Source: the human T2T-CHM13v2.0 reference genome, Homo sapiens
Reading direction: 5' to 3' (one strand)
Assembly: GCF_009914755.1 (NCBI RefSeq)
Contig: NC_060934.1
DNA: 64,000 nucleotides
Positions 17,836 to 31,309 of the stretch are shown piece after piece. The notes under the pieces are model-generated. The model was not told where the DNA came from, made no database searches, and was given only the letters and a program-made list of their open reading frames with translations. Every line of letters starts with the position of its first letter. Positions within the stretch are counted from its first letter, which is position 1. The position numbers and the translations under genes are program-made.

Positions 17836-20800
17836 AGAATATCAGCAGACACAGATCTGTGGAGGAGTCTCCTTCTTCTTCCCAGCACTGACAGTATACC
17901 CCAGGGATGGCACACAGGTGTCTTTGTACACAGCTGTAACTGATTCATAGTGGCTGCCTGGAGGACCACGCTGGGGAAAATTCTGAAGCGACATCTCAGT
18001 TCAGACACAAAGAGTGCTACAATGAGTGATTCCTGCTGTGGGCAGGAGGGGTGGGGAATGAATTTCCCATTTCCGTGCCACCCTGTTGGCACATTTATGC
18101 TGCTATGAGTCACCCATTTTCTTTGTGCATTCCTCTCTCCAGCTGTGTTATAAACTTTTGAGTTCAGAAACCAGGGCGTAGGCTTCTTTGAGTCCCCAGT
18201 CCATGACACAGTGACTGGCACACAGTAGGGTTTTTATAGATGACTGTTTCATCACTCTCTGAGTATTAAAATATGGACTTAGAAACAGAGTTTCTTACTG
18301 TGTGTTATTAAACCCTCTGGAGAGCAGCCTTGTCTGGTTTCTATCCTCCCTGTTCACTGCCGAGAAGCCCAGGCACAAATGGGCGTGCTTTGATCACTGC
18401 TGACAATGTCCTGCTGATTTCCCCCAGTTCCACTTACATTCCTTTTATTCTGCCCTCCATGAGTTAGAAGGCTTTCCTATTAGAGTTTGAGATATGCACA
18501 AATAGCAGAGCTCTAATTCTGGCATTCAAGTTGTTGTGGACAGGTTAATTCTCTAGGACAACATCTCTAAACTGGGTAGCGACATTGGTAGTTAGCAACT
18601 TGAAGAAACAACCACTGAAAATCCATGTACACACTAATAGGGTTCTTTATTACATATTTTTGAATTGAGCATGTGGAATAGGATGCCGATAAAGTAGCAA
18701 TTGTGATGCTGGATTGAGCAGAAATAATGATCCCAAATTGTTAACCATGTTGTGGTTAAGAATGAATCAACTATCATACAAATGTCAATGGAGACATTCT
18801 CCTCCTAAATCATCCTCCCATATTTAACTGTCATTCATAGATGACTCAGCTCAATGAATAGATGGAGTTTAATTCTCCTAAAACCTTTCTTTAGCCTGAC
18901 TACTAACCAGCTGTCTTACCTCACAGAGTTCTTTCTGGCTTGCTAAGTATACACCAGATGGCTTAAGCCCCATCTTTCCCCCCATTCCAGTTGGGGAGAC
19001 GGACCTGTAACCAAGATATTTTATTAACTGTTGGAAATGCGTTGTATGCAGGCTTAAAGCTTTTAGCACTGCTTTGAATGTCAGGAATTGACAGTTCATG
19101 CTAAAAAGGGTTAATCAGATTTAGTGGATTGCTATCCAAGTTTTATCAAATGTCAGGCTTTTCTCAATATGCTGCACATCAGCAAGATGAGAGTATCATT
19201 GAGAGGAAATTTATAGAATATGTCTGTGCTGATCCCAGGACACAAAGGGAGTCATCTCCCAGGCAACAGAAATGTCTTCATATTCATCGGGTTCAGGGTC
19301 CTTTCTCAGACTCTTTGTTTCCTAGACTTGTGGGTTTTGTTGGGCGTAGGACACATCCTATTTGTTAGGAGGAAGGTGGGGCTCTCCTGACCTAGCTGAC
19401 CTGGGCTCCCAGCCTCCCATGGCCAAACTTTCAGGCAGAAGGGAGGGGGAGTATTGCGGATGGTCAGAATGAGGGGCAGATTGAATCCAGGCCAGGAAGG
19501 TTATTACGCTCTTGCCTGACTGCAGATAAGTGGATTTTGGAAACAGATGGTGCTGTCTGCAACCCAAATTACAAGAGGCAGGTACAATGAAGAGGTAAAC
19601 AGTACTTACCTTCTTTGCCAACAGATGGACAGATTCTCGACTTATTACCCAGCTACAAGATACAGTTTCAATTACTTCTATTTAAAATTCCAACTGGGAA
19701 TGGTTATATTGGTACAAAATAAGGGGAGGCAATATCAAGTGAGAGATTAAATATTTAGGAGCAAAGAAGAACTTGAAAATTAACACTATGCATAACCATT
19801 TCAATCACAGATTTTAAAAAATGAGACATGTAGAGACAAGGCTCTTATGACAACATATTCGAAAGGCCTAATTTAATGGAGCGGTGCCCCAAACCCTTCT
19901 GGATGTTTCCGTAGTGCAACAAACATCAACCGTGATTTCTTCTCACATAGGCATGGCCTCCCTGAGCCCTCGCATGTGACTGATGATCTAAGGCCCTCAA
20001 GGCACAGTTCTCTGGGTCTTTCAGATGGGCAGTGACTGACCAGAGGTGCCTTCAGATTCTTCTCCTAGCCCACGGAGCCACATAATTCATATCTCAGCAG
20101 AGATGCCATTCTTCATCAAACCCCATTTCCTCCCCTTCCCCAGGAAGGAGAGAGAGACAGGGGAGTGGCAAGAAAGCCAAAGCTCAGTTTCACACATATG
20201 AATTCAGATCTCCCAGGAATATTCTTGTAGACATGCCAAACAGTTTGAAATATGAGTCTGGAATTCAAAGGGGAAGCTTTCGTTTTAGATGCACTTTTGA
20301 GATGATCAAGTTTGGAGTGGAACGTTATGAAAGCCACTATCAAAGTTCTAATAACAGCTCAGCCACCAGAAAGTGATTTCAAATTAACCCAATTCCTTTC
20401 TTGTCTTTTGCACTCTTGTTGAATGGCATGAGTCATGCAGGGCGGTATTTCTCCCAAGCCTTCCTCTTCCTCTGTCTGCCTTTCTCCCAGGCTCCAGTTC
20501 CCCAACATCCCTTCCCTACACGCCTCTCCCATGACTTCTGCATGTACCTATGCCATCTTTTTCCAGCTCTGCAACACAATGCAAAACCCTACAAGAGCTT
20601 TTTGGCAATTCCTCAAGGAGAGGAAAGAAACCTAACTCATAAAACCAGAATCTTTTAAGAGTAATAAAAGCTGTCCCAGCAAATGAGCAACAGAACTTCT
20701 GATGCCAAAGTTTCTTCTGGGTAGAAAAGAGCACCTTTTCCTTACACAAGATAGAAGGAAGTTTTCAGAGGCAGCAGGACAACCGGCTTCCTAATCTGGC

Positions 20801-21420
20801 TAAGGGTCCCATTGAGATGATGAACCGACCCTACGATTTACAACTTGTTCATCTGTGTCGGATGAAATGGTTGTAAGAGAATCCACATTCACAATAGAAA
20901 GCCAAATAAAATGTATGAGAAGGTATCTTTGCATCTTTTTGGCATATTTTGGAAAAGCCGCTTCCTGTTTCAAGCCATCATTGTTTTCATGAGAGGAAGT
21001 GATCAGCATGGGGCTGTGGTGTGGAGCCAGGATGTTCACAGCCAGCCAAGCTCTATCGAGAGAAGAGCCAGCTGTGGGCGGGACTGCCACGCTAGAAACA
21101 GTTCAGAAAACCAGACTGCATTGAAACCTCCTGAAGTTCGTCTGAAAATGTGGCCCTGACTGTGAGCTGTGAAGTGTTACTAAAAGAAGAAAATAATACA
21201 GCAGTTGTCTGAAATCACGAATTAGCACTCCGATGTGAAAATAGGACTTGAGAATGTCAAATAGCTACAATAGATAAAAGACTGGAAATTCTCGGTTGTA
21301 CTCATTTGCCAAATTGGAATAAAGATTTGGTCTTGCTGAACCAAATGTGGCCTGCTTCCCACATCAGCAGAAAAAATTCCTCCTCCTAGTTTCTAATGCT
21401 TATGACAGTGAAGCATTATG

Positions 21421-21422
<2 letters not shown>

Positions 21423-21463
<41 letters not shown>
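21423..21463. repeat. (GT)20 microsatellite
   Basis: Perfect dinucleotide run. Confidence 0.98.
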
Positions 21464-21464
<1 letters not shown>

Positions 21465-22456
21465 TCAACCACTTTGCTATGGAAATAGGGAGTTAGAGAG
21501 GTCCTAGGTCCTTATTAGAGATTGCCAGAATGTTTGGATAAACTGCAATTTTGTGGATTTAGTTGACTTTGAAAAGTACATCACATTTTCAAAGAACTGT
21601 CAGATTGTCATCACATGACAGAGCTCAGAGATTTAACAAGATTTTATTACAATGGGATGAGAATGTGATTTTTAATATAACCCTCAACTGATGCATTTTT
21701 GGAAGTGCCATACCCTTTCAAAATCATCATTTTTTGAGTCTACTCATGTTTTCCAGGGCTTCTATGATCACTCAAACAGCCGTTTGATCTGGTGTTCAGA
21801 GCTACATTATTTGAAACTCTGGAAACTCCAGAAAATCATTCTCATCTCTTCCCAGCCGTGCCTCTATTTTTAGCCTAATCATACTGTATTGGTCGGTTTG
21901 ATCCCCCACTGAATTCACAGCCCTGATTCGGAATGACTTTTCCTCTTTCTGAAAGTCAGCACCATCCTAGGCGAGATGGTTGAAAGCCACAAGGAAAATT
22001 CAAAGGTATCGTGTTTCTCATTTTCCCAAACTTGGAATTAAGCTCTAGGTTTTTTTCAGATAATTGTTTTTTGGTTAAAATATTGTCTGTAGACTTTAAT
22101 TTATCACAAAGAAGTATTCATGGATGAATGAATGAATTTAACAAGCATTTGTTTCAGTGTTTATATGTGTCCTTTATTATGGGTCCAACACATGCTTGGT
22201 CGTTGGGACACACACTTGGACAAGGCGTGTCTTGGTCTTACGGGGTTCTTAGACAGCTGGGGACAGGCTCACACATGGATAAGAGTGTGGGGAAACATGG
22301 GTGAACGTGGGTTCTACAGACACCGGGGCATCTAGGCTGGCGAAGGGGGATGCAAGCAGAAAGCTCTCCTGGGAAATAGCAGCAGCAGGTGAGGAAGCAG
22401 CGCAGGGACCTGCAAGGGAGGGAGCTCCGGTGACAGCACCAGAGGCAACTTCTGCC

Positions 22457-22705
22457 CAGGATCAGCTCATCCAGGAGGCACAGTGGGACCTCTGCCTGGG
22501 GCCTATGGCATTTTAGAACCTGTGAAGACGCTTTAATTGTTTTTAGAATCAGAAGACTATAAACCAGCTTGATTATATTTGTCTTTATGCCACCATAGTC
22601 ATAATATATAAATTGTAATATTCCTTTAAAACATTTTTTTTTTGAAGAAAGGGGCCTATGAGGACAATAATGGCTTTGACCCATGAAAGTCACAGCGTGG
22701 CCTTG
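22457..22705. mobile_element. ORSL-like hAT-Tip100 DNA transposon fossil
   Basis: caggatcagctcatccaggaggcacagt…gaagaaaggggcctatgagg…atgaaagtcacagcgtggccttg matches recalled ORSL consensus. Confidence 0.65.
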
Positions 22706-23002
22706 CTTCAGGCTGACCATCAAAGAGACATCTCAGAGTTGTCCCTAAAGGAGTCGAGAAAGTTGGGTTTTTGCCCTCGTGCAAGGACTGTCTCTGATTA
22801 GCAATTGTCCAGGCAATGTGAACTCTTTGCACGTGGCTCTCTACTCCAGGATCTCCCAAGGGCAGCCTCTGAAGGAGAGCAGCAGGTGCTGGCCCTGGGA
22901 GCCCGGAGGAGGAGCTGGGGCACAGAATCAGCAAACAGGGGCCTGAGGGCTGCCAGAGCCGACAGTGGACCCCGTTGTTTGCATTGCAAGAGAAGTGCTG
23001 AG

Positions 23003-23299
23003 GGCCGAGCTCACACCTGTAATCCCAGCACTTTGGGAGGCCGAGGTGGGTGGGTCACCTGAGGTCAGGAGTTCAAGACCAGCCTGAGCAACGTGGTGAA
23101 ACCCCGTCTCTACCAAAAATACGAAAATTAGCAGGGCGTGGTGGTGCACGCCTGTACTCCCAGTTCTTGGGAGGCTGAGGCCTGAGAATCGCTTGAACCC
23201 AGGAGACGGAGGTTGCAGTGAGCTGAGATCGCACTGCTGCACTCCAGCCTGGGCAACAGAGTGAGTCTCTGTCTTACAAAAAAAAAAAAAGAGAGAGAG
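23003..23299 (+). mobile_element. AluS SINE (small deletion near the 5' end)
   Basis: Alu dimer; TSD AGAGAAGTGCTGAG at 22989-23002 and 23300-23313. Confidence 0.94.
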
Positions 23300-24202
23300 A
23301 GAGAAGTGCTGAGAAGTTACAGGGGGAAGCTGGGACCAGGGCAAGGATGGAGCTGTTATGGTCACCAGGGACCCAAGCTGATGAGCAGCAGCGCTGAAGC
23401 TCAGCAGGAAAGCCGCTTCATTATTCTCTTTTGAAAAACACTGGGGACATGGGAGACTGCACCAGAGGAAAGGACATGCATTGGTTCTCCTCTGACTTCC
23501 AAGAGATGGTCTCAAATCACTAACGCAGACAAAATGGGACCCAGCCATCCAGAAAGACACCTGAGAAATAGAAGTCTGAGATTTGGTGAAAAGGGGACTG
23601 AGATGGGAAGCACTCCCTGGCCCAAGGTGTATGATATTCTTGGACAAGTGTCTGCTCCTGAGTGGAAACCAGGCCAGGAGCTCAGACCCAGACAAGGTGT
23701 CACTTGGGCTGGGATTATGCTGCCGTGATGCTGGCTGCTTTCTCTTAAGGGGACCTTTTTGCAGAAGACGATAGGCATCAAATCCTGGGCTCCCGCTGAC
23801 ATTTTCCGTCACGTGGCTCTTTCTCCTACCAGTCACTTCTTAATAAAGCCTGTCACCTTGAGATGGTGAGGTGCCAAGCTGCTTCTGGCCTTTCTTGCTC
23901 CCTCATGACCTTCTTTCTATCACTTGAAACCTAGCTCTGTACCCACAGCCTTTTCTCCCCAGAACCCCAAGCTGGAGAGCTTCTGGAGTGGCTGATTTTG
24001 GTAACTAAGCCACGCCACAGTCACTCTGCGGTCATCCGGAGAAAGCAGCAGCTTCATCTCGGCTTCTCTTTCCGGGTTTGTGTGTCCCTGAGCTCATCAG
24101 AGAACCCTGCTAGTTCCTGTTTGTAGTTCTTTAGAATGAGAAGAGGAACCCTATAGAGAGGTGATATGGGGGAGCCGAGATGGGCCAGCATTTTATTTCC
24201 AA

Positions 24203-24380
24203 CCTTGGGTGGCTCCATGGGTGTGTGAGCCATGCAGTCCGATGGGCCCATGCTCAGATAGGCTCCTCGTTTGTGTAATGCTCTGCTGTCCTTGTTTGGA
24301 AATTCTTAGTAATGTTTGAACAAGGAGCCCCATATTTTTATTGTTCACTGGGTGGCTCTGCAAATAGGCCGCAGGTCCTA
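24203..24380 (+). mobile_element. MER45A-like hAT DNA transposon fossil
   Basis: taatgctctgctgtc…gaaattcttagtaatgtttgaacaaggagccccatatt matches recalled consensus. Confidence 0.7.
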
Positions 24381-24389
24381 GATCTCAGC

Positions 24390-24620
24390 CAAGATGGTGA
24401 CAATAATAGCGACCCCGTTGAGCTGTGCCAGGCACTGTTCTAGGCACTTGTGTCTGCATGCATCTCACTGCAAGTCTATCAGGTAGTTATTGGTATTTAT
24501 TATTAGCTCCACTTTACAGATGAGGAAACTGAGGCACAAAGAGGTTAAGCCACTTGTCTAAGGTCACAAAGCTAGAAGGTGGGAGTTCAAGGCTCCAGAG
24601 TCTAATACTCATAGCCTCAC
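24390..24620 (-). mobile_element. MIR SINE
   Basis: tttacagatgaggaaactgaggcacaaagaggttaag. Confidence 0.85.
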
Positions 24621-26065
24621 ACACTGCTGCTTCTGAGGCAAGTATCCGATCTCCCTGAGCTCTCTCTGTGCCTTTGCCCATCTGGCATTCCTGGGATTCT
24701 GAGGTAGCAGCCCTCTGCGTGAACTCTATGGAAAGGCCTGGCTACCTTCCCAGATGCTCTAGTGGAGTAGTTCATGCTTGCCCTGAGCCCACCCTAGCAA
24801 AGTCTTATGAGCCAGATAGGCCATTCTAACCTTTTCCTCTCTGGAATTTTCCTCAGGGGCAGAGTTGCTAAGTGGTCTATCACCTTGCTGCATCCATGCG
24901 TTTCTGCTACCAAGATCCCTGGGTCTGCCTGGATCTGCCAGTGCCAGGCCCCGTTGCTCAACTCTTTTCTTCCTGTGAGCCTCCCACAGACTTCCCTGGT
25001 CTGGTTGAATGAGCCCATCTCTGTGTCATACAGTGGAAAACCCCACCCTGTACAGGGCCTGGGGTGCTTGTCTGTGGAGCATGGTGATAATAACTGCCAT
25101 GCTGGATTGTGGCGACAGAACAATGCCCGCCATGTGCCTGGCTCAGACCCCGCACACAGTAGGTGCTCAGAAAAAGATGGCCGTGGCCATTTGTGCTGAA
25201 AGTCAAGGACTCTGCTTTTCACATTCCTGCAACTTTACTGGCAATTTATTCTTGTGGCTGCTCAGAGAAATTCCGTGTTTATCACATGTTCAGCTGAGAA
25301 GCCAAAGGAGCTCTTTACTCTAAAGTGTGATGAGGCTTCATCTTTGACAGGTGTCTTTTCCATAGCGCTGACATCTTTCTCAAGCAGCAACTTCCCGTAG
25401 AATCTCTCTGAGCTGCCTGCGAAATCATCATCCGGGTTGGTGGACCCAACTTCCCAGGTTCTCTAGCTGCTGCCAAGTGGAGGAGGCACATTCTGGGCCT
25501 CCTAAGCCATATTCCAAACAGAAAGAATGTCCCACTTTCTACCTGTAGCCCCCTGCCTTCCTCCCAGAGCTTCAAATATGAATGTAAAGGAAATGAATAA
25601 TCTGCCATGTAGATGTGTTGATTCTTTAGACTGAATTGGCCAAGTCTTTAATGGGCTTTCATGGAAAATAAGTAAAATAATTCCAAAAGGAGTGAAATTC
25701 AAAAGTCCTCACAAATCTTTCAAAACCAGGTTATTGGTGCTATTCAGACATGAAGTTGAAGTTGGCTGTTGGAGGCCCTGCCAGCTCTTGGCTACCAGCA
25801 AGGGCGGGCTTGGCACAGAGCAGCCCGGGGAAGAGAGGAGGGCAGACATTGGCGGTTTCACTTCTCCCATGCCGGTATGAGGCCTGCGTGCCTCTGTGCT
25901 CCTCTTCCTCTAGAACTGCCTCAATCTTGTAGTTAGCAATCTCTAAAATATGGTACACCCTTCCTCCACCTTGTTCATTCTTGAAGATTCACCAGAAATC
26001 TGTATTTACAAGAAGAAAAAATATGCAACTACCAGATGGACTTTGAGGCTGATAAATCTCTTAGG

Positions 26066-26297
26066 CAAGCTTGTCCAATCCACAGCCTGGGGGCCACATG
26101 TGGCCCAGGATGGCTTTGAATGCGGCCCAACACAAATTCATACACTTTCTTAAAACATTATGAGATTTTTTTGCAATTTAAAAAAATCTCATCAGCTATC
26201 ATTAGTGTCCTAATGATATTTTGTGTATTTTATGTGTGGCCCAAGACAATTCTTCTTCCAATGTGGCCTGGGGAAGCCAAAAGACTGGACAGCCCTG
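26066..26297 (-). mobile_element. MER30 hAT-Charlie DNA transposon
   Basis: tgtggcccaagacaattcttcttccaatgtggcctggggaagccaaaagactggacagccctg; terminal inverted repeats. Confidence 0.85.
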
Positions 26298-28226
26298 CTT
26301 AGGAATCACAGACTATCAGGGAAGGATGAAGCAGTGCTAAGAAGCCGTAAACACCTCCTAAAACTGAAGGCAAGTCCCTTCAGGAATGGCCACAGCACAG
26401 AGGAAGTGTGGTCGGTTCCTGGGGGTGGGCCTGGCATCAGGCAGCCAGTGAGTGCCATCCTAATGCGATTCCTCCCCAGGCTGGAATCTTCCCTCTTTCC
26501 TTTGCAGTGTCCACCATGGCTGTTTTTGCTGCCTATTTCTCAGGCCAGCAGCACTCAGATAGGCTGGCAGAGCTCTGGCTGCTGAGATGAGGTGGTTGGC
26601 AAGGCTGTTGGGCAGTGCACTCCAGCGGGAAGGGGCCCCCGCCCCCAGGCACTCCTGAGTAAGTGCAGAGTCTAGCACTAAGCCTGGGGGTATGTTCTGG
26701 CAGGAGGAGTGGGCATCCTCCACTCTCAGGGAAGTTGAAAAGCAAATGTAGGCCTGAGGACTGACCTGCGGGCAAATCCCCACTAGCTCCCAATGGGAAA
26801 TCAAGAGAACTCAGCCAGGGCTGTGGAAAGGGGTGTGAGGAACGTTTGGGACAGAATATGTCATCAGCAAAAGACCTGCAATTTTACCCTCCGGAATCCT
26901 AAACCATATCTGCTCTGACCCTCAGGGGCCTTCCCCTTGTATTCCAGTCTTTTGGGCCAACTTGATCAAGGCTACAATCTAGAACTTACCATTGTCAACA
27001 AGAAACCCTAACATTTTTTCCCCACCTAAGCTACATATTGCAGACATACAAGCAAGTTTTAAAGAACTTTGCCAATTCCGCCTAATTTCAATGCGCTGCA
27101 GTGGTCATCGTTGCTTTCACAGGCACAGGAAACTCTGAAATGTCACCAGTTAGAAGACGTTTCCTAGTTGGCTGACCTAGTGTGATGTGTATGTTTTCAG
27201 AGACAGTTAAGTAAGGAAGCTTACATAACTTATCAGCCATGTTTGTCTTTTGCAATTCCACTGGGGAGGGCAAGCATGAATGCCACCTTACAAAGGCAGA
27301 AGCTATGACTTAGGGGATTCCTTGTAATTCAGAAAGTGAAAGTCACACAAATCCTTTCCAGTTCCGAAGGAAGGAAGGAGGCCAGTGGTGAGAGGTCAGC
27401 CCTCTCCCGTCTCCCCTTCCCATCCACAGCTCTGTCCACAGTGGAAACTTGGTGGCAGAGGGGATCAGTAGAAAAGACTCATATAAATAGAAATGGTGCA
27501 GAAGCAGAGGGGTTTAACCTCTCTTCTGAGTCTCTGGAAGGGCTTCATTGTTGATTCCGGAACCAGAATGGGTGACCACAGGAGAACAGAAACCACAACT
27601 TAGGGTTTTCTAAGCCAGAAAGAGGACCAAAGATAACTCCCCAGGGCTCCATGCACCATCAGGTGGACAGGGAGGAATAGAGAAGTTTCTATTGCTCTCA
27701 GTGGAAGGCAACTGAAAGTCAAAAAGCCATTGTCCCTGCCTGAGAGGACCAGAGCAAGATGGGCCAGGCTGCTTGGTGAGGCTGCAGGTGAGCAAGCTAG
27801 GGGCAGATGGAGCTGTCAGGACAGGGTGGGGACAGGAGAACACACTAGTCTCAGATGCCTGTGGGATGGCCCTGCTCCAGGAAGGAGCAGCCAAGAAACA
27901 GGAATCCCTTACCTGCAGCTACCACAGAGCTGTTCCTACCTTACCCAGGTGCCTCTGGGAGAGGAGCAGGAGATGGCAGAAAAAAACCCACCAACACGTG
28001 GCTGACCTACAGGCTACTGTTTAAATACAAGGAGACCCTTATTGGCAACTGAATTAGCTTTCAATGCTAAGTTTAAAACATTTCCAGATGCCTCATCCCT
28101 CGAAGAATCCTGGTGTGAGCATGATGAGGAAACAGATAGAGAAAATAGAGAGACAATAGTTATTTCTCATTTACCTCTCTGTGTCTCAGGCGCCCCATGT
28201 GTAAAATAAAAATAAACATTCCCAAA

Positions 28227-28584
28227 TATATTTGTCTGTTTTTATGCTGCTCATAAAGACATACCTGCGACTGGGCAATTTACGAAGGAAAGAGGTTTAA
28301 TTGGACTTACAGTTCCACGTGGCTGGGGAAGCCTCACAATCATGATGGAAGGCAAAGAGGAGCAAGTCACTTCTTACATGGATGGCAGAAGGCAAAGACA
28401 GAGAACTTGTGCAGGGAGACTCCTGTTTTTCATAACCATCGGATCTGGGGAGACCTATTCACTATCAGTAGGACAGCATGAGAAACACCTGCCCCCATGG
28501 TTCAATTACCTCCCACCGGGTCCCTCCCACAACATGTGGGAATTCAAGATGAGATTTGGATGGGGACACAGCCAAACCATATGA
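28227..28584 (-). mobile_element. THE1 (MaLR) solo LTR
   Basis: Reverse THE1 ending gatgagatttggatggggacacagccaaaccatatga; TSD CCAAA at 28222-28226 and 28585-28589. Confidence 0.9.
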
Positions 28585-31309
28585 CCAAATTTACAAGTTG
28601 TTTTAAGGACCAAATACCTGAAAGAGCTTGAAAAAAAAATGAGTGTGTTATCCAAATGCAAGACTCGAAACACACTATTGTTAGTGGTTTTCAGGTTGGA
28701 GCCCCGCAGGCGAATCCTCCACATATCTTTTTGCCTTTCTTGCAGCACAAAGAAGAAAGCAGGTGACAGCCATGGCTGATCTCTCCCTCCTTCTTTCAGG
28801 GAAGGGGGCCACTGGGTAGAATCTGTAGATCACAGTGACACATCCTCGGCTAGAGGAAGGAAGGGCCAGGGAATAAACACAGCAGCCCCAACACCAGCCG
28901 TCACAAACCTTCTCCCTCCCAGGAAGCCAGACACTGCCCCCGTCCTGGTGGAGGGATTCCTGTGCTCTGGCTCTGCTCCCAGCTTGGTAAGATTTTCTGC
29001 CAAAGCAACCCCATGCCTGAGCCTTCCTGTTTGCTCATCTTTGCCTCCAGCCACACCCACTCTTATTAGGCATTTAACTTTTCCTTCTGGCCAATTTCAG
29101 ATGTGTATTTCAAATTTTTCCCACTTAAGCATCTGACAAGGTAAGAATAAAGGACATAGATATTTAGAGGAAACAAGCTGCTTTTATTGGGCTCAGCAGC
29201 CTCTCATTTGTGCAGGAGTGAATTGTGGTATCTGTTACTAATTGTGTGGTTAAAATATTAGTTGGATGCCCTTGCAATTTTCACAAGCAACTGTATTCAT
29301 AATCTGTCTAAAAATGCAAGGTGGCAACCACCGGAAGTCCGCTCGAAACCCAAACCACATGTAGTGTAGACGTCATGTTTATAATCAGGCTTTAGTGTTC
29401 ATTTCACAGGGAAATTAATTATACTTAATAGTCGCAGATAGCTGCAGAATTCTAAATAAAAAATTCAAAAATGGTAAAAAAAAATTCACAAAATAACAAG
29501 AGGGAGTTTGAGTGAAGAGATAAATTTATCGCTATCTTGTTTAGGGGTCTGAGATTCAGAAAGCTCTGTCTTTCAGAGGAGCTTGATAATGACACAAAAT
29601 TATTTTAGCTGGGAGATCAGGATCATTCTGTAGGCCAAAGCAGAAGCTTCCAGTAGATAAAGTTTCAAGTGCCTGGTATTTATGTGTCCATGAATACAAC
29701 CCTAATAAAAGACTGTAAAGTTTAAAGGGATATGTAGTTGGAAGATAACTATGGTACTCATAAGAACTCGGTAGTAGAATCTATGGATGAGAGGTCTGAA
29801 ACCTTGCAAAAACAAAAAAAGAGAGAGTGAGAGATGAGGACAGAGGTGGAAAACAGAACATAGCCAGCAGGTTTGTCCTGAGAGATGGGATTCACTGGCA
29901 TCACTGAGGCCTGGAGCACTGCCTCCAGGGAAGGGGCTTTGAAGCTAGCAGCCCCCGAGGGGCCTGAAGATTGTTGTTATGTTGTTTCTGAGCCTTTTGG
30001 CTCTGGAAGCCAGACAAAATTCTGTCTGGGATGCGAGAAAGTGAGGGCTGATGGGGGCTGGCTGGGCCTCCCTGTCCAGGCCAGCGTTGCTCCCTGCCCC
30101 GTCACCTGCTATCTGCATTGCCATGCTTAGGGAGATCATTCTGGAAGCTGTCTCTGGAGCAGGAAGGAGGGAAGCAGGAAGGGGAGGCAGCGCTGGGCCC
30201 CTGGAGCTGGTGGCTCCACAGGCTCCGGTTCTTCCTCTGGCACAGCTGTGTGGGGTCACGCTCTGGCTGGGGCATCGTGAGAGTGACCTGGATGTCTAAG
30301 CCGGACTCCAGATGATGCCTGGGTGTCCACATCTATGAGCAGGGATGAGAACAGCCCCTGCTTCCCATCACCATGGGGAGGATGCAGTACAGAAGTGAGT
30401 GTGAAGCAACCACACGGCGCCCGGCACACACGGCTGTCTTCCCCAGTCATCTTAGTCTAATCTCTGAGAGGCACAGAAGGAAGAGGAAGGTTCTGTACCT
30501 TCCAGCGGGACGCCGCACCTGGCTCAGTTCTGCCCCTCTGCCTGGCCCACAGATGTCTTGAGAGGCCGTTCATGATCCTGGCTTCCCCTTCTCCACGGTG
30601 GGACCTTTACATCCCCTTGGCTTCTCCAACGTTGTGATGCCCACCAGGCGAGGGGCTGCAGTTTCCTCCTGTGGCCATGTCTCCCATTCTTCCTCCTCAT
30701 TTCTGCCCCTTACATCTGTGGCACCCTCTTCTCCCTCAACCCCATTGCCACCCTTAATCAATCTACCTTGTCCCCTAACTCTGGCTCTACTCAGCCATGA
30801 CACTCACCTGAAGCATCCTGGGCACGTCTTCATGGCTACCCTAGGTTACCTCTGAAGACTCTTGGACACCCATTGCCAACTCCCAGGGGCTGTTTCCAGT
30901 GCTGCTGTCTTTGCTGGAGAAAATATGTAACACACTTATGCGATGTATCCCACAAAGGTGACTCTGGTCTCCCCAGACTTTCACGGCAGTTTGGCCTCCT
31001 CACCCATGTCGAGCCTGGCCCCCACCATGGCTGGAAGAGAGTGGGGGTGGGTGATGGGTGGCACATCAGGCAGGCAAGGGAAGGGAGGAGGAAGAAGACA
31101 ATCCCTGTTGCTCTCATCGTTTAGGCTTCCTCTTCGTCCACCCTGTGGCTGGTGAGAACAGGGCACGGCCCCGAGAGAAGCTCTAAAAGTACTTGTTGCA
31201 TAAATAAACACACACTTTCTCTAGAGTAAAACTGAACATATGATCTCCCTTGTGAAACAAAACTTTGCCATAATCCTTTTGCTGTTTACGATGCACTCAT
31301 TCTCTTCTC

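Noticed and set aside
22928-23836. Longest ORF in the track (302 aa, - strand)
   Set aside because: Its C-terminal third is antisense Alu translation; it has a non-ATG start and no recognisable domain
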